From positions 992,001 to 1,056,000 of the forward strand of contig JBBPEB010000007.1 of NCBI GenBank assembly GCA_039096225.1: 64,000 bases of DNA. Reading direction: 5' to 3'. The translations under genes and the position numbers were made by a program. The notes beneath the pieces were generated by a model that did not search any database, was not told where the DNA came from, and saw nothing but the letters and a program-made list of their open reading frames with translations. The DNA comes from Blastocystis sp. Blastoise (taxonomy: Eukaryota; Protista; Bigyra: Opalinata). This document shows positions 1 to 13,572 of this stretch, in pieces; positions within the stretch are counted from its first letter, which is position 1; each line of letters opens with the position of its first letter.

Positions 1-1310
1 ATAGATAAAGATGAAGGTGTTGATGTAGATACTAATGTATTCGAGTGTTCAGAAGAATAATTTATTGTTTGACTTGATAAAGAAGAAGAAAGAGATGAAG
101 ATAAGATAGGATTTATAGAAGAAGAAGGAGAAAAAGAAGATAATGGAGATGAAATACTGTTTTTTGTTATTGAGGCTATAGATTGATGTATAGCTATTTC
201 ATTATTTGAAGAAACTGAATTATTTGATAAAATATTTTCATTATTTATAGTTTTAGATTGAGAAATGTATTTGTTATTTAATGATTTATTTGAATTATTC
301 ATATTGTTATTTGTTTTATTTGATTGATTCGATAAGTTTTTTGAAGCAACAGGTTTTAAAGGAGGACCAAAAGATGACCTTGAATTATACGTTGAAAAAT
401 GTTTTCTATATATATATAATCAATATATAATCAATATATAATCAATATATAATCAATATATATTCAATATAAAATAATATATATTCAATATAAAATAATA
501 TATATTCAATATAAAATAATATATATTCAATATAAAATAATATATATTCAATATAAAATAATATATATTCAATATAAAATAATATATATTCAATATAAAA
601 TAATATATATTCAATATATAATCAATATATATTCAATATATAATAATATATAATCAATAATAAAAAAACTAAAATCAATATATATATATATACAATAGTG
701 AAGAAGTTGTTGGAATAGTATGTTTTTTTGCAATTGATTTTTTTAAGTTGTTATTGTTTTCTTCTGAATCGTTAGAATCATGAATACCATCTCCCTACAA
801 TACATATAGAAGTTATATAATATACATCAAATATATATAGTATATACTATAAATATGTCACATATTATTATTATATATATATTTACCTGTGGAATAAGAA
901 GAGTATCTTCATTCCAATCGAACGTATTAGGAGCATTTTGAGATGATTGATGAGGAAGTCGAACTGAAAACAAGTAATTTGTTAATACAAATGGCATATT
1001 TGTAATTGAATCACCTAATTCATTCTATGAAAAAAATATTTATAAAAAGAAGATATAGTAATTCTTTGAGAAATGAAATAATTATGACTACACTTACCTC
1101 TTCTAGACTATCTTTTGTCTCGTTAACAAGAGGCGTTACTACGAGTTCTTCTTGTTTTAAAGAGATTTTCCCCATTTCTTCAAGTTGTTGCTCCCATTTT
1201 GATTTTAAATCATTCAGTGTGTCTTCATATTCATCCCCAATAGTTTCCTTACTTTCTTCAATCACTTCACCTATTACACTGGAATAAAAGGACCTTAAAA
1301 CGTCTTCCAT
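1..1310 (-). CDS. TFIIA large subunit (alpha/beta)-like protein, spliced, 3' end runs off window start
   Basis: N-terminus MEDVLRSFYSSVIGEVIEE...TLNDLKSKWEQQL resembles the TFIIA-alpha helical N-terminus. Splicing the GT-AG introns gives ...LLIPQ|GDG, resembling the Q-x-D-G cleavage motif. A long S/N-rich exon follows. Confidence 0.6.
410..660. repeat. Intronic minisatellite (11-bp TCAATATATAA and 21-bp TATATTCAATATAAAATAATA units)
   Basis: Tandem copies read directly; lies inside a GT-AG intron of the TFIIA-like gene. Confidence 0.9.
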
Positions 1311-1526
1311 TTTTCTTAATTTCTGAAAGTCAACGTTCTTATGATTGTTCACTATTCCTTATTAATACTTCAATAACTAATAAGCAAAAAGAAACAAAAA
1401 TGTAAAACCAAAAATTTTCATGAATTTTTTTATATAACAGCTTCTTTTTTGCCACTTTTTCATAATTTCAAAACTTTTAATACCCATTATTTGTATTAAA
1501 AGAACTTTGTATTATAATAAATAATA

Positions 1527-2351
1527 ATGTATACATCATCGAGAGTCTATCCTACTTATGAAGAAACATTTCAATCGTCAAAAGCTCCTATTTCTTCTTC
1601 ACTAGGAAATACATATCCTTCATTATCTTCTCAAAGGTACAAGGATCCTGTATTGAGTGCTTCAGCACCAACTTCAGAAGCTTGGTTTCCCCTAAAACAG
1701 ACTACAACTTATTCCACCAATAATCAAAGTTCTGCTATTGCTCCTATTCCAGGAAATCCTAATCAAACTATTCAGAGAGAGATGGGCGATAGAGTTGCTA
1801 CTCGTAATCAATATTATAAGTCTACAGTTGATTTAGATACGATAAACTCTATAGCTACAAGAAAATATGGAGTGAATTCCGATTTCAGACTTGGTTCAAC
1901 AAGTAATATATTTACCGGATTAGATGATCATGGCTTGTCGTTAACTCAATATGTTCAAAAATCAAAATCTTTTCAACCTTCGAATCAAAGTTCTGTAGCT
2001 AATGGAATAATCAATGTATCAGATACAGATGATGATGATTATATTACATTTTTAAAGAAAAAGAAATTGATTAATTCTCCAGTCCCTTCTTCAAAGAAAC
2101 CTAAAGAGAAGAAACAATATATTCCTTCAAACACATATAGAAATGATACTATTTCAAAGATCCCTAATAAAATAAATTATAACATACAATCCGATGAAGA
2201 AATAGATGATATACATGAAACCATTTCCGATCCTTATAGTGATTCCCATATCAATCCAGATTTGAAAGAAATATATCAATTGCTTGATTCATGTATTGAA
2301 AAGAGTGATACCATATGTAATTCAATCTCAAATCTTAAATTAAATGTATAG
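1527..2351 (+). CDS. Hypothetical protein, 274 aa, S/T-rich with short predicted C-terminal helix
   Basis: Uninterrupted ATG-to-TAG ORF with exon-like composition, divergent from the TFIIA-like gene; no family recognised. Confidence 0.7.
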   Translation: MYTSSRVYPTYEETFQSSKAPISSSLGNTYPSLSSQRYKDPVLSASAPTSEAWFPLKQTTTYSTNNQSSAIAPIPGNPNQTIQREMGDRVATRNQYYKSTVDLDTINSIATRKYGVNSDFRLGSTSNIFTGLDDHGLSLTQYVQKSKSFQPSNQSSVANGIINVSDTDDDDYITFLKKKKLINSPVPSSKKPKEKKQYIPSNTYRNDTISKIPNKINYNIQSDEEIDDIHETISDPYSDSHINPDLKEIYQLLDSCIEKSDTICNSISNLKLNV

Positions 2352-2814
2352 TCATCTATATCTGATGTTTTTTATTTGCTAAACCGTTACATACAATATG
2401 ATCACATAAATTATTTGTATTAATTAATTCTTTTTTATCTTTTTCTTTTTTTCTTCTTTTTACATCTATGTAGTCCTATTGTTTATCGATGTTATTTTTT
2501 AATTATATCCTTCTTCCATTGAATACAATTATACTTTTTTGTTTATATTATTTTATTTTAAACTTATTCATCCTGTTCACGTATTAATAGAAAAGCACAT
2601 ATTTTTAAATTATCTATTCTTAAAATATAAATGCATTTTGATTTGAAAAGAAACGATTTCGGGAAAAATTTGATTTAAAGAGAATAATAGAAAACATTCC
2701 ACGGTAAAATGAAAGCTGTTTTCAAAGCTATTTTATCTTTTATGCCGATTATTTATTGATTTATAAAATAGTTTATACAAATTTAAATATTAATTACTAA
2801 TTTAAACGCTACAG

Positions 2815-5800
2815 ATGTCTTTTGAAAATTATTCTTTGACTTGTCAGTCTGGATCTGATGAGAATAGAGTTATATCTTCAAGAAAAGTATTTTTTATTAT
2901 TATACTATGTGTTTAATAAAATTAGGCAAACGTAATTCATAGTTTAACTGTCGGATTGTCACATCTTTACTCTTCATTCGATATAAAAGAGGAATTGTAT
3001 ATATATTTATATATTTAAACATGCCTCACATTTGTGTTATATAGAAAAAATGAGAGTTCAGGATCTATTCAAGTATATTTGCTTTTTTTTTTTGTTAGTA
3101 TTGTTATTTTATATTATAAAACTTTATAGATTGGAGATATCTTATTTGGAAGATATAAAATTGAAAGATTAATTGGTAAAGGAGCTTTTTCGGAAATCTA
3201 TGAAGTATCCGATCTTTTTTCTAAACAACATTTTGCAATAAAAATAATGAGTGAACAATATAATTCTATTGGATATCAAGAATGGTGTTTTTTAATGAAT
3301 TTGAATAGAAAGTTATATGAGTATTTATATCTATTTTCAATGTTTCATACAAAGATATATTTTATATATTATTGTATATTATTATTTTTCATCATTTTTT
3401 ATCTATATAGAAATGATATAACCATTATTCGTTGTTATAATTGTTTTCTTCATAATAATAGAGTTTGCTTATTATTAGAATTATATAATTATTCCATATC
3501 CTATATATTAAGTCATATGTCTATTTCCCCGCGGGAGGATCTTCCCTTTGATTCAACTATTTCTTTAGAATCATCCTCTTTTATTCAAGATAAATATCGG
3601 TCTATTTCTTTCATTCGTAGAATCGCTGTATATAGTGTTGTTTTTATGTTATTCTATTATTATATTATTAGTATATTTATTATATTCTATTTTTATTTTG
3701 TATCGTATATTTATTATGTTATTCTATTATAATCCTTTTTTAAGTATATTCAGACCTTATTATATTGACTTTAATATGTAGCTGAAAAAAATGTTTTTAT
3801 ATACATAAATACCATGTTTACTAATACTATTATCTTTTTTAGTTTTCTTTATTCAAATCACTTTCATATATTCATTCCCATGGTTATATTCATGCAGATA
3901 TTAAGCCTGAAAATGTGTTATTTGATTCAACAATGGGTATTTCTATATATATCTACATTGTAATATATATTATGCATATATATGTTTTATTATTAATTAA
4001 TTGTATATTGTTATCATTATTAATAGAAACAATATGTCTTATTGATTTTTCTAATTGTATTCCACTTTCTCATGTTGATCTTTATAATGAACCCGCTAAA
4101 AATGAAATTCAAACACCTCTTTACCGGGCACCTGAAATAGTGTGTGGAGCTAGTCCAAGTATATATATATATATTAATTAAAACAGTAGATACTTTTCGT
4201 TATTATTATTTTTTTATAAATATATAATTTATTCTATTATTTTATATATACTGTATTTTTTATTTATTAAACATTATATCTTTTCTTGTTTCTGATTTTT
4301 CTTTATAAATGCATTATATTCTTGTATATAAACATATATAAACATATATAAACATATATAAACATATATAAACATATATAAACATATATAAACATATATA
4401 AACAATATAAGCATAAGCATATATATAGGTCCAGCTATAGATATATGGTCGATGGGATGTCTTCTTTATGAATTATATACTAAGACTCCTCTTCTTCATC
4501 AATCACTACATCCTACAGATATACAGTCATTTATCGATCTTTTTGGGTCATTTCCTAACTCAGTATATCAAAAATATCCATTATATAAGCAATATATAAA
4601 CACTAATAATAATGAAAATAATCCTGAAGAACAATATGTATATTATATATAATAATATATTATTATTTTTGTCTTGAATAAATTTAATTCTTTGATGTTT
4701 ACACTATATAATATACTAAAGATTTATCTATTTCTTATTTACTTATCTGTTTATTTATTTAGTAATAATTTTTTATACTATTTACTATATTACTTTATTT
4801 ACTATATAACTTTATTTAATCTTATAATAATATAGGATATTACATCGTATTTAACTATATATGCTTCAGTATCTGATTATGATTCCACATTCTCTTCTTT
4901 TTCAGACTTATTAAGTCGTTGTCTTGATCTTAATCCTAATACTAGAATAACTGCACAACAAGTATCACGATAATCTATATCTTATTATATTTATTTTACA
5001 TTATATATCACATTTAGTATTTTAGTAATATAGTTAATATCTTTGACTTTATTATACTTCATTTGCTATATACTTGTGTCTCATCCTTATTTAATATAAT
5101 ACTTTATACTATATATTGTTTATCCTATCTATATATAGGCATTATATCATCCCTTCTTTGCTTCTCTCTATCCTTCAAAACAAGTGATTTCTCCAGCTAT
5201 TCAGCAAATGATAATAAAACAAGAAGAAGAAGAAAGGAAACAGCAAGAAACCCAAATTGGTCCACAAATAAACACATTCTATCAGTTTATTCAAGAATGC
5301 AATCAGTATATTTATATATATATATATATATTTATTTACTGTCTTGTTTTCTATTAATATTAATTACTTACTTATTGATACTTTATTATTATTTAATATA
5401 ATTATCTTATAATTATAGTGCCTTGTATAAAACTACACTAACAAATTTATTACTTTCTTTTCGAAGTTGTATTTCAGTAGATACAAATAAGTTAAAAGGA
5501 TTGCAAAGTCAGTTTTATTCCATTCAAACATCTTCTGAAATTACTTCTAACCTTCAATATAATCGAATGAAAAATACACTGAAAGATGCTGAATATACTT
5601 TAAGTCAAATCAATACATTATATACACAGTGTTATACACAAATATGTGATCCATTACAAGATCAACATAATATCACTGATAATATAAATAACTTGTCAAT
5701 TCACCTGGAAGAAATTTCATCGATATCTTTTATTTTATTTTTTTTATTATTATTTTTAATATTATATGTTATTTATCTTTTATTTATTATATTTAATTTA

Positions 5801-6723
5801 TTTATTTTTATTTTATTATTATTATTTATTTTTTTAGTATTTTTATTATTAATTTTTTTATTTATTATTTAGCATTATTTTATGGATAATACGTTTTGTA
5901 TATCTTTAATTATATACATATTCAAGACGTTTTCAATTCGATTAAGTTTATATCAGAAATCAAATCCTTCAATTGTATCTCCATCAATATCACGTCCTAT
6001 TTCTACATTAAATACTTCTTATCCTTCTTCTTCTTCTTCTAGTCCTTCTAAAGTAATAGAAACAGAATTAATCAAAGAAGAAAAACATCAGAATATAACT
6101 ACTTCTTCTTCTCTTCATTCTTCTTCTCTTTCTCCTCCTCTTTCTCCTTCTCTTTCTTTTTCTCTTTCTCCTTCTCTTTCTCCTTCTCTTTCTTCTCCTC
6201 CACCTTCTTCTTCTTCTTGTCCAAGTACTACAGTAAATACAGAAACATCTTCATCTTTTCCTCAATATATTAACTTATCGAACGCTAAAACAAATACTAT
6301 TCTTTTATCACCTTCAAGAGAAACACATACAAATATAATTATTAAAAAAGAATTATCTCCAATAAAGGACACTAGCTCTCTATTACATGTTTCAACAACA
6401 ATAAAAAGAGAATTTATTTCCAAAGAAGACTCCAAAAAACCAAAAATTGGTCCTGAACTTAATCAACTGAATTCTTTAATAAACAGTAAATTATTGTTCT
6501 TCTTCATAATTTCTAATTGTTTTATCTGTATTATATATATATATTTCTATAGCATTACCTGTATCAGAACCAGTATTACCAATAGATTTTTCAGTATATA
6601 TATACTTTATATATAAATTTATTATTATTTATATAGGATAACGACGGAAGCGACGTTGTATATTATTTAATATATGTTTTTATTATATATATTTGTTATA
6701 TATAGGATTTAGACTTCTTGTAG
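2815..6723 (+). CDS. CMGC (DYRK/HIPK/PRP4-like) Ser/Thr protein kinase with long S-rich C-terminus, multi-exon
   Basis: Spliced motifs in order: IGKGAFSEI, FAIKI, HADIKPEN, DFS, IQTPLYRAPE, DIWSMGC, RITAQQALYHPF. Last exons give DNDGSDVDLDFL-TAG (6721-6723). Confidence 0.85.
5723..5917 (+). other. Probable U12-type AT-AC intron in kinase gene
   Basis: 5' end ATATCTTT; branch-like TCTTTAAT at 5903-5910; 3' end TAC. Phase 0 joins EEISS to IFKTFS and removes the in-frame stop at 5870-5872. Confidence 0.7.
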
Positions 6724-8013
6724 TTGCCTGTTTCCTGAATTGTCCTGTCTTTTTTTTCAATTTTCATTTTTTTTAATATTATTTAGTCAATTTCATTATT
6801 CTTTTCAAATCGTTTCCCATTTTTTAATTTTCATCTATTCTAATGTTTTATTATAGTAAATAATAATGAAATAAAAAGTTTGTTGTTATATATGAATTCA
6901 TTTTCTTTTAATTCTTTTTTTATTTTATTGCTATTATATAAGACAATATAAACATTACATAAAAGCAATTGCTGATACAATATCAGAAGAATGAATTCCA
7001 TCACTCAATAATTATTTCAATATTAATATATTTTTTCATATTACTCATGATAAGTATAGTTGAAATGAACAAAATATTGAATTTATAATCAATTATAGCA
7101 ATCAATAAATAATGCATGTATTTTAATGACACCAACAGTCTTTAGTTCTGAACAGTAGGTTATGAAATGTAATCAGTTTTCAATGAGATATATAAACACT
7201 ATTTTTTTAATAATTTATATATAAAAATGTATCTAGCTGAAGCATAGATAATTTTCATTATGAAGAATTTTGTTGAATTTCTATTTTGGATTTTTATTTT
7301 GTTTTATTCCATTTATATTTTAGATTTTATTATTATCATTATATTATGTTAGTACAATAGATGTATATTTTGATTTTAGTATTTTTATTATTTGGATATA
7401 GCTTTTCAGTAGTCAATTAGTTTAATCATTTTTCTTTTTATTATTTATTATGCATTTTATTTTTAGAAACAACATGTAAAAATATAAATGAGTAATATCA
7501 TGTTCATAACATATATTTTAAAAAGTAGTCAATCATTATCCTATTATAAAATCGTTATTTTTGTATTAAATTTGTTTTTATTATGTATGTATGATATGGA
7601 ATTTGTATTCTTGAGCTGGTATAATAATTACATTTTTTAAAAATGCAATTGTTGCTTTTATATTAAGATAATATAGTTTCGAGAATGTGTCATATTAATA
7701 GTATTACTGAATTCATATAATTTTAAATATAAAATTTTCAACTTTATTTGTTTGTGGAAAAAATGATTATATAAAAGACTTGAAATGATGCTTTAATTGA
7801 ATTAGAAATGTCAGAATTTATTATTCGTATGATTTAAAATGTTATTATAAAATAGTAGAAACATTAACAAAATCTAATAGTTCTAGAATAGATAATTCTA
7901 TTGAATAAATCAAGTACCATGATTTATTGTTTCATAAAAAAAATTGAGAGAGAGAGAGAGAGGTGTTGAAAAATAGAAAAAACACATATATACAAAAAGA
8001 ATGTCAATAAATT

Positions 8014-8177
8014 CTATTGAAAAGATATTCCAAATCTTAATAAGAATATTCCAAAAATATAAAGTACGAATGAAGCCCCAATTAAAACAATTGTAGAATA
8101 AAAAAAGAAAAAATTATTCTTTCCTATATATATATATATTAGATATAAGCAAGAATGGTAGATGGTTATTTTTGTAG

Positions 8178-8227
<50 letters not shown>

Positions 8228-9439
8228 ATGCATTTTCCCATCCAGAAACAATGATGATCAACCTATATATATATAGAATAATTTGAAAATAAATAGATAA
8301 TAAATAAAAGAATTGAATAGGAATGATAATAGTAATATACTTGATAAACACAGGCTTGACAGTCATCGCAATGTAAACATCCCATTGGACGCACAATTTT
8401 ACATTTACCTGGAATGAAATTATATATATATATATATATATAATATTATATAAGAGAATACAAAATAATATAATAAGAAATAATGTAGTATTATATACGA
8501 CAATAGGAATAAAGTTGATTCTGATAATCAATCAGTTTACCGATAGGAGCAATGCCTATTGATATAGAGAATGAGAATAGGAATATAATAATAAAAGATA
8601 TAAATATAATAGGAATATAATATAAATATAAAATAAATATAAATAATATAATAATATAATAAAAGATAATAAATATAATATAAATATAATATAAATATAA
8701 TATAATAATATAATAAAAGATAATAAATATAATAGGAATATATATATAATATAATAATATAAATAATAATAATATAATACTATAATATAAATATAAAATA
8801 AATAAAATATACCAGGATTTGAAAAAGATGTTAATGTGAAAGAAATAAAAGTAAGAAGGAAAATACCAATAATAATATATACAGCATAATATTGTTTAAA
8901 TGCAAATGCAAAGACAAGTGGTGTTGCATTGATAACAATAATTGCTAATAAAGTGACAAAACTCATATACCATTGGGGACCTAATAAAAATACTAAGGGA
9001 AAATAATTAAATCGATCACTTCCCCAGATTAAATAGGATGAACCCAACCATCCACCTATATATTTAACAAAAATAAAAAAATAAAAGCATTAATAAAGTA
9101 AAAACATAAGGAAAACACAAAAAACAATCATTTTCTCAATCAAAGTGAATGAAAAAAATAACAAACGAATACAGGCATACCTGTTTTAGGATAGGGTAAT
9201 GATTTAAATACTCTATGTGGAGTATTATCTCTTTCTAGTGTATGATGACTATATTCTGGCTCCATTTGATTGCTATTATCTGTGCCTTTGACAACAACAA
9301 GGTCACGATCAGAAATATGTTCTGGTTTCAATGATATCTGATAAGGAGGATTGGGATGTGTCTGACAATCAGAGAGAAGATTTTCTTCAAGTGAATCTAA
9401 TTAATAAGGGCAAAGAGTAAAGACATAATTACGATCCAT
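8014..9439 (-). CDS. DHHC zinc-finger palmitoyltransferase, multi-exon
   Basis: Spliced product contains TM helices, SNPG, CRKCKIVRP...HCDDCQACV and VDHHCFWMGKCIGKNN; all introns GT-AG. Confidence 0.92.
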
Positions 9440-10709
9440 TTTTGAACTCAACACCAGAGTTATTAATAAAAAAATTTAGTGTTTTTTTGTCTTATTTACT
9501 CATTTCTCCTTACATTCTTGAAATGACAATTTTTTAATATTGAATTCTCATTATTCGCATATGAAAGTATATAAAAAGTGAAATATAAAAAGGCAAAACA
9601 CATTAATTACAGTTCACTTATTCGTATAAAGCAGTTATTTTAATTGAAATATCTAAGTAATAATATAGTCTAATGAAATATATAAATAATTTCAAGAATT
9701 ACAGCCTTTTGATTGACTGACTCTTTATATTGGCAGACCATTCTGTCTTATTCTATATATTCATTATAGCCAAATATCAATAACGATGAATATGATGTCT
9801 TCGAATGAAAAGATTGAATCCATCATTTTTCCACACAACGATAAAACTCTTTTCAGAATCGCTACAATTCTTTATTTCAGAGTATACTTTATAATAATAG
9901 AATTAAGAAATATTACATTTGTCAATTCGACAAAACATTAAAATGATGACAGAAATCATTAGAATAATTCGAATATTTGTATGCATGCACTTACTAAGTG
10001 AATGAAATATAAACAAGGAAGAGAAATACAGATATGATATCATGAATTGCTTGTCATGGTTTTTTCTAGTCAAGATACATACAAAATATAACAGTACTAT
10101 ATGATAAAAGTAATATGTAGTATAATTTTGATAATTAGAGGATAAAAAAACTCTCAAAGACTTCATTTTGACAACAGAAGGCTTCAAAGGACGATAGGAA
10201 TCCATAAGTGATTCAACGATAAGAGAAAGATTATGTTGTAGTGTTTATTTTTGATGATATAAGATATGTGTGGTTGTTATTGATGAAGAGAAGTGCTCTT
10301 TTTAATCTTTGTTAGTAATAAAAAAATATCTCCAGTTTCGTCTTTTAGGTACCTCTGAGAAACTTTTGTTTATTTTATTTAAAAGAGAAAGTAGTAATAG
10401 AAAATAATACTTGTCATACATCATTCTATATAATGTAAAACACTACCATATCTCCACTTTAGATGCAAAGAAAAAGAGACATGAATTTTATGACGAAGTT
10501 TGTTAGAAGAATCATCAAGAACTTGATAATATCTTTCGATAACTGAACGCGTAGTTTGATGACCAAAGGAGAAATGTGTTTCTCGTCAAGATAATATTAA
10601 TCTTAAAAAAACGGTGGGGAACTACGTGTCATTGTGGCATTTACCAATAAAGACTGGAAAAAAAAATTAGAATCATAATATAGGAGAAACAAGGGAAGAA
10701 TAAATGTCC

Positions 10710-10860
10710 AAGATATTGGTTATTTAATTGGTCAGCCGGTGATATTTTTCAAGGCTACGAAATATATGTCAATGTTTTGATTGGCTCCTTTTGGCTATGG
10801 GGAATGCAGAGGGAAAAGGGAAACTTGGTCACTTATATGAAATGTTCAATTTACACATAA
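10710..10860 (+). promoter_or_regulatory. Putative ALT promoter: three inverted CCAAT boxes and a TTACACATA motif
   Basis: ATTGG at ~10715, ~10727 and ~10779; TTACACATA at 10851. A similar arrangement occurs upstream of GALK. Confidence 0.35.
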
Positions 10861-10915
10861 CTTATTTGTTTTCGTTAATAGTTCTTGTTCTTTTTATCAT
10901 CCTACCCGTTCCAAG

Positions 10916-12581
10916 ATGATGCGTATTATTAAGCCCGCTTATATGGCCAGACAAGCTAGAGCTTTCAGCCGTATTACTGTCAACAACATTAATCAAAAGA
11001 TTAGAAATTCTGAATATGCTGTTAGAGGTGAAGTCGTTATTCGTGCTGGTGAAATTGAAAATGAAATGAAGGCTGGAAAGAAGTTCCCCTTCGATAAGCT
11101 TCTTTACTGTAATGTTGGTAATCCTCAAGTATATATATCTACTTGTTTTTCTTATAATTAATTCTATGAAGTTGAATCTAGTACTTATAACTTTATATAT
11201 ATAGTCCATGAAACAAAGACCTATGACATTCCTTAGAGAAGTTCTTGCTCTTACTTCTTACCCTGATCTTATGAATCTTTGTCCTCAAAAGTTCCATTCT
11301 GATGCTATTGATAGAGCTAAGGAACTTCTTGCTGCTAACCCCGGATGTAATCTATATTTTGAATATATATTTTATATTAATTTATTATAATTTAAAAGAA
11401 TTATTTTATAATGCTGACATTTTTACTAAAAAATAATATTTATTAATATATAGGGTGGTTCTGGTGCTTATTCTCACTCCATGGGTGTTCAACAAATCTG
11501 TAAACACGTTGCTGATTTCATTACTCAACGTGATGGTTACAAGGCTGATCCTTCTATGATCTTCTTAACTAATGGTGCTTCTCAAGCTGTCCAAGATGCT
11601 CTTCATATTCTTATTGATGGACCTAAGGATGCTGTTTTAGTTCCTATTCCTCAATATCCTCTTTATTCTGCTTCCATTACTATTGATGGTGGTAAGATGG
11701 TTGGTTATTATCTTGATGAAAAGAAAGAATGGGGTCTTGATATGGATAAACTCAAGAAATCTCTTGCTGATGCTCGTGCTCAAGGTCTTAATGTCAAGGC
11801 TCTTGCTGCTGTTAACCCTGGTAATCCTACTGGTAAGTGTTTCAGCCGTGCTAATATTGAAGAAATTGTTCGTTTCTGTGCTAAGGAAGAACTTTGTATT
11901 CTTGCTGATGAAGTTTATCAAACTAACATCTACAGACCTGGTGATAAATTTGAATCTTTCAGAAAGGTTATTTATGATTTAGGTGAAGAAGCTAAGAATG
12001 TTCAACTTATTTCTTTCCATTCTACTTCCAAGGGTTACTTTGGTGAATGTGGTAGAAGAGGTGGTTACATGGAACTTCATAACTTTGATACTGCTTTTAG
12101 AGATCAACTTTATAAACTTGTTTCTATTTGTTGTTGTTCTAACGTTGATGGTCAATTCACCGTTGATGTTATGATTAATCCTCCTAAACCTGGTCAACCT
12201 TCTTATGAACTTTGGGAACAAGAAAAGAATGGTATCTTAAAGTCTCTTAAGAGAAGAGCTGATAAACTTACTCAAGGTCTCGATAAACTTGATGGTGTTA
12301 GTTGTCAATCTGTTGATGGTGCCTTATATACTTATTTCAAGTTAACTCTTCCTCCTAAGGCTATTGAAGCTGCTAAGAAGAGAGGTTGTGCTCCTGATCA
12401 CATGTATTGTATGGATCTTCTTAATGAAGCTGGTGTCGTTTGTGTTGCTGGTTCTGGTTTCGGTCAAGAAGAAGGTACTTATCACGTTCGTTCTACTATT
12501 CTTCCTCCTGAAGATGAAGTTGAACAAGTTGTTGAAAGAATGGCTAAGTTCCACAACAGCTTCCTTGCTAGATACAAGTAA
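10916..12581 (+). CDS. ALT: Alanine aminotransferase (PLP class I) with mitochondrial-type presequence; 3 exons
   Basis: EYAVRGE, CNVGNPQ, GAYSHS, NPGNPTG, ADEVYQ, SFHSTSKGYFGECGRRGGY and GSGFGQ motifs; Arg-rich, acid-free N-terminus; strong codon bias. Confidence 0.95.
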
Positions 12582-13572
12582 ATTAAGTAAAATGTTATAT
12601 TAACATATTACATTTATTTTTGTGTTTCTCTAAGCTTTATATGTGTTAAATATTTTTTGCCTTTACTTCTTTTTTTGTGATTTGATAATAATTTTGAAGC
12701 TTTATTTTTTTTGTGTTTTGTTGTTTTTAAACTAATAATAATATTAAAGACATTTAAATTTTTATTTATTAATAAAAGATATTATACAATTTTGAAAATA
12801 GAATAACAAAACAAAAATTTAATTAACAAATTATTATATATATATAAACCAATATATACTAATATTTATAATAAAAATATATTTTCTGGGGATATATATT
12901 TATTAACAATAAGAATAGATATGGAAATATATATATAAAGAAACTGAATGTAAGAGAAAAGATGAATATATAATAAAAAGAATATTCAAAAGAAAAGAAT
13001 ATTCTACAAAAAAATATATATATAAAACAAATAACATATATAAAGAATAATAAGAAAGAGAAATAAATAAAAAATAGTTTCTGGGTCTATTCAATAAGAA
13101 TTTCTAATGAGTTATTAATCTTTATATATAATTAAAAAAGAGAACGAAGTATATAAGAAACTAGCGAGAAAAAAATCAGATCTAGAGAAATGAATATATA
13201 AAATAAATATATATAATAGAAGTAATAAGAATAAAATAATATACTTAAATGTATATTATTTAGACAGGTTATTATTTACAGATAAATAGTTATGAAGTAT
13301 ATAGATGAAAACAATTAATAGTAACTCATAAAGAGAAACTAAATAAATAAGAAAATAATAAATATAAATATATATAAATAATAAATTTATATATAAATAA
13401 TAAATATATATAAATATATATAAATAATAAATTTATATATATAAAACAAGAAAAATCGTTAAACATGAATATATATATAAGAAAATAAAATCAATAGAAT
13501 TTCTAAAAGAAAAAAAAATAGTAGTAAACTAATTAATATATGAATTAACAAATATATTTAATATTATGCAAT

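Noticed and set aside
11637-12603. Overlapping and antisense ORFs in ALT (similar ones in the phosphate carrier and the last gene)
   Set aside because: Shadows of strong T-ending codon bias.
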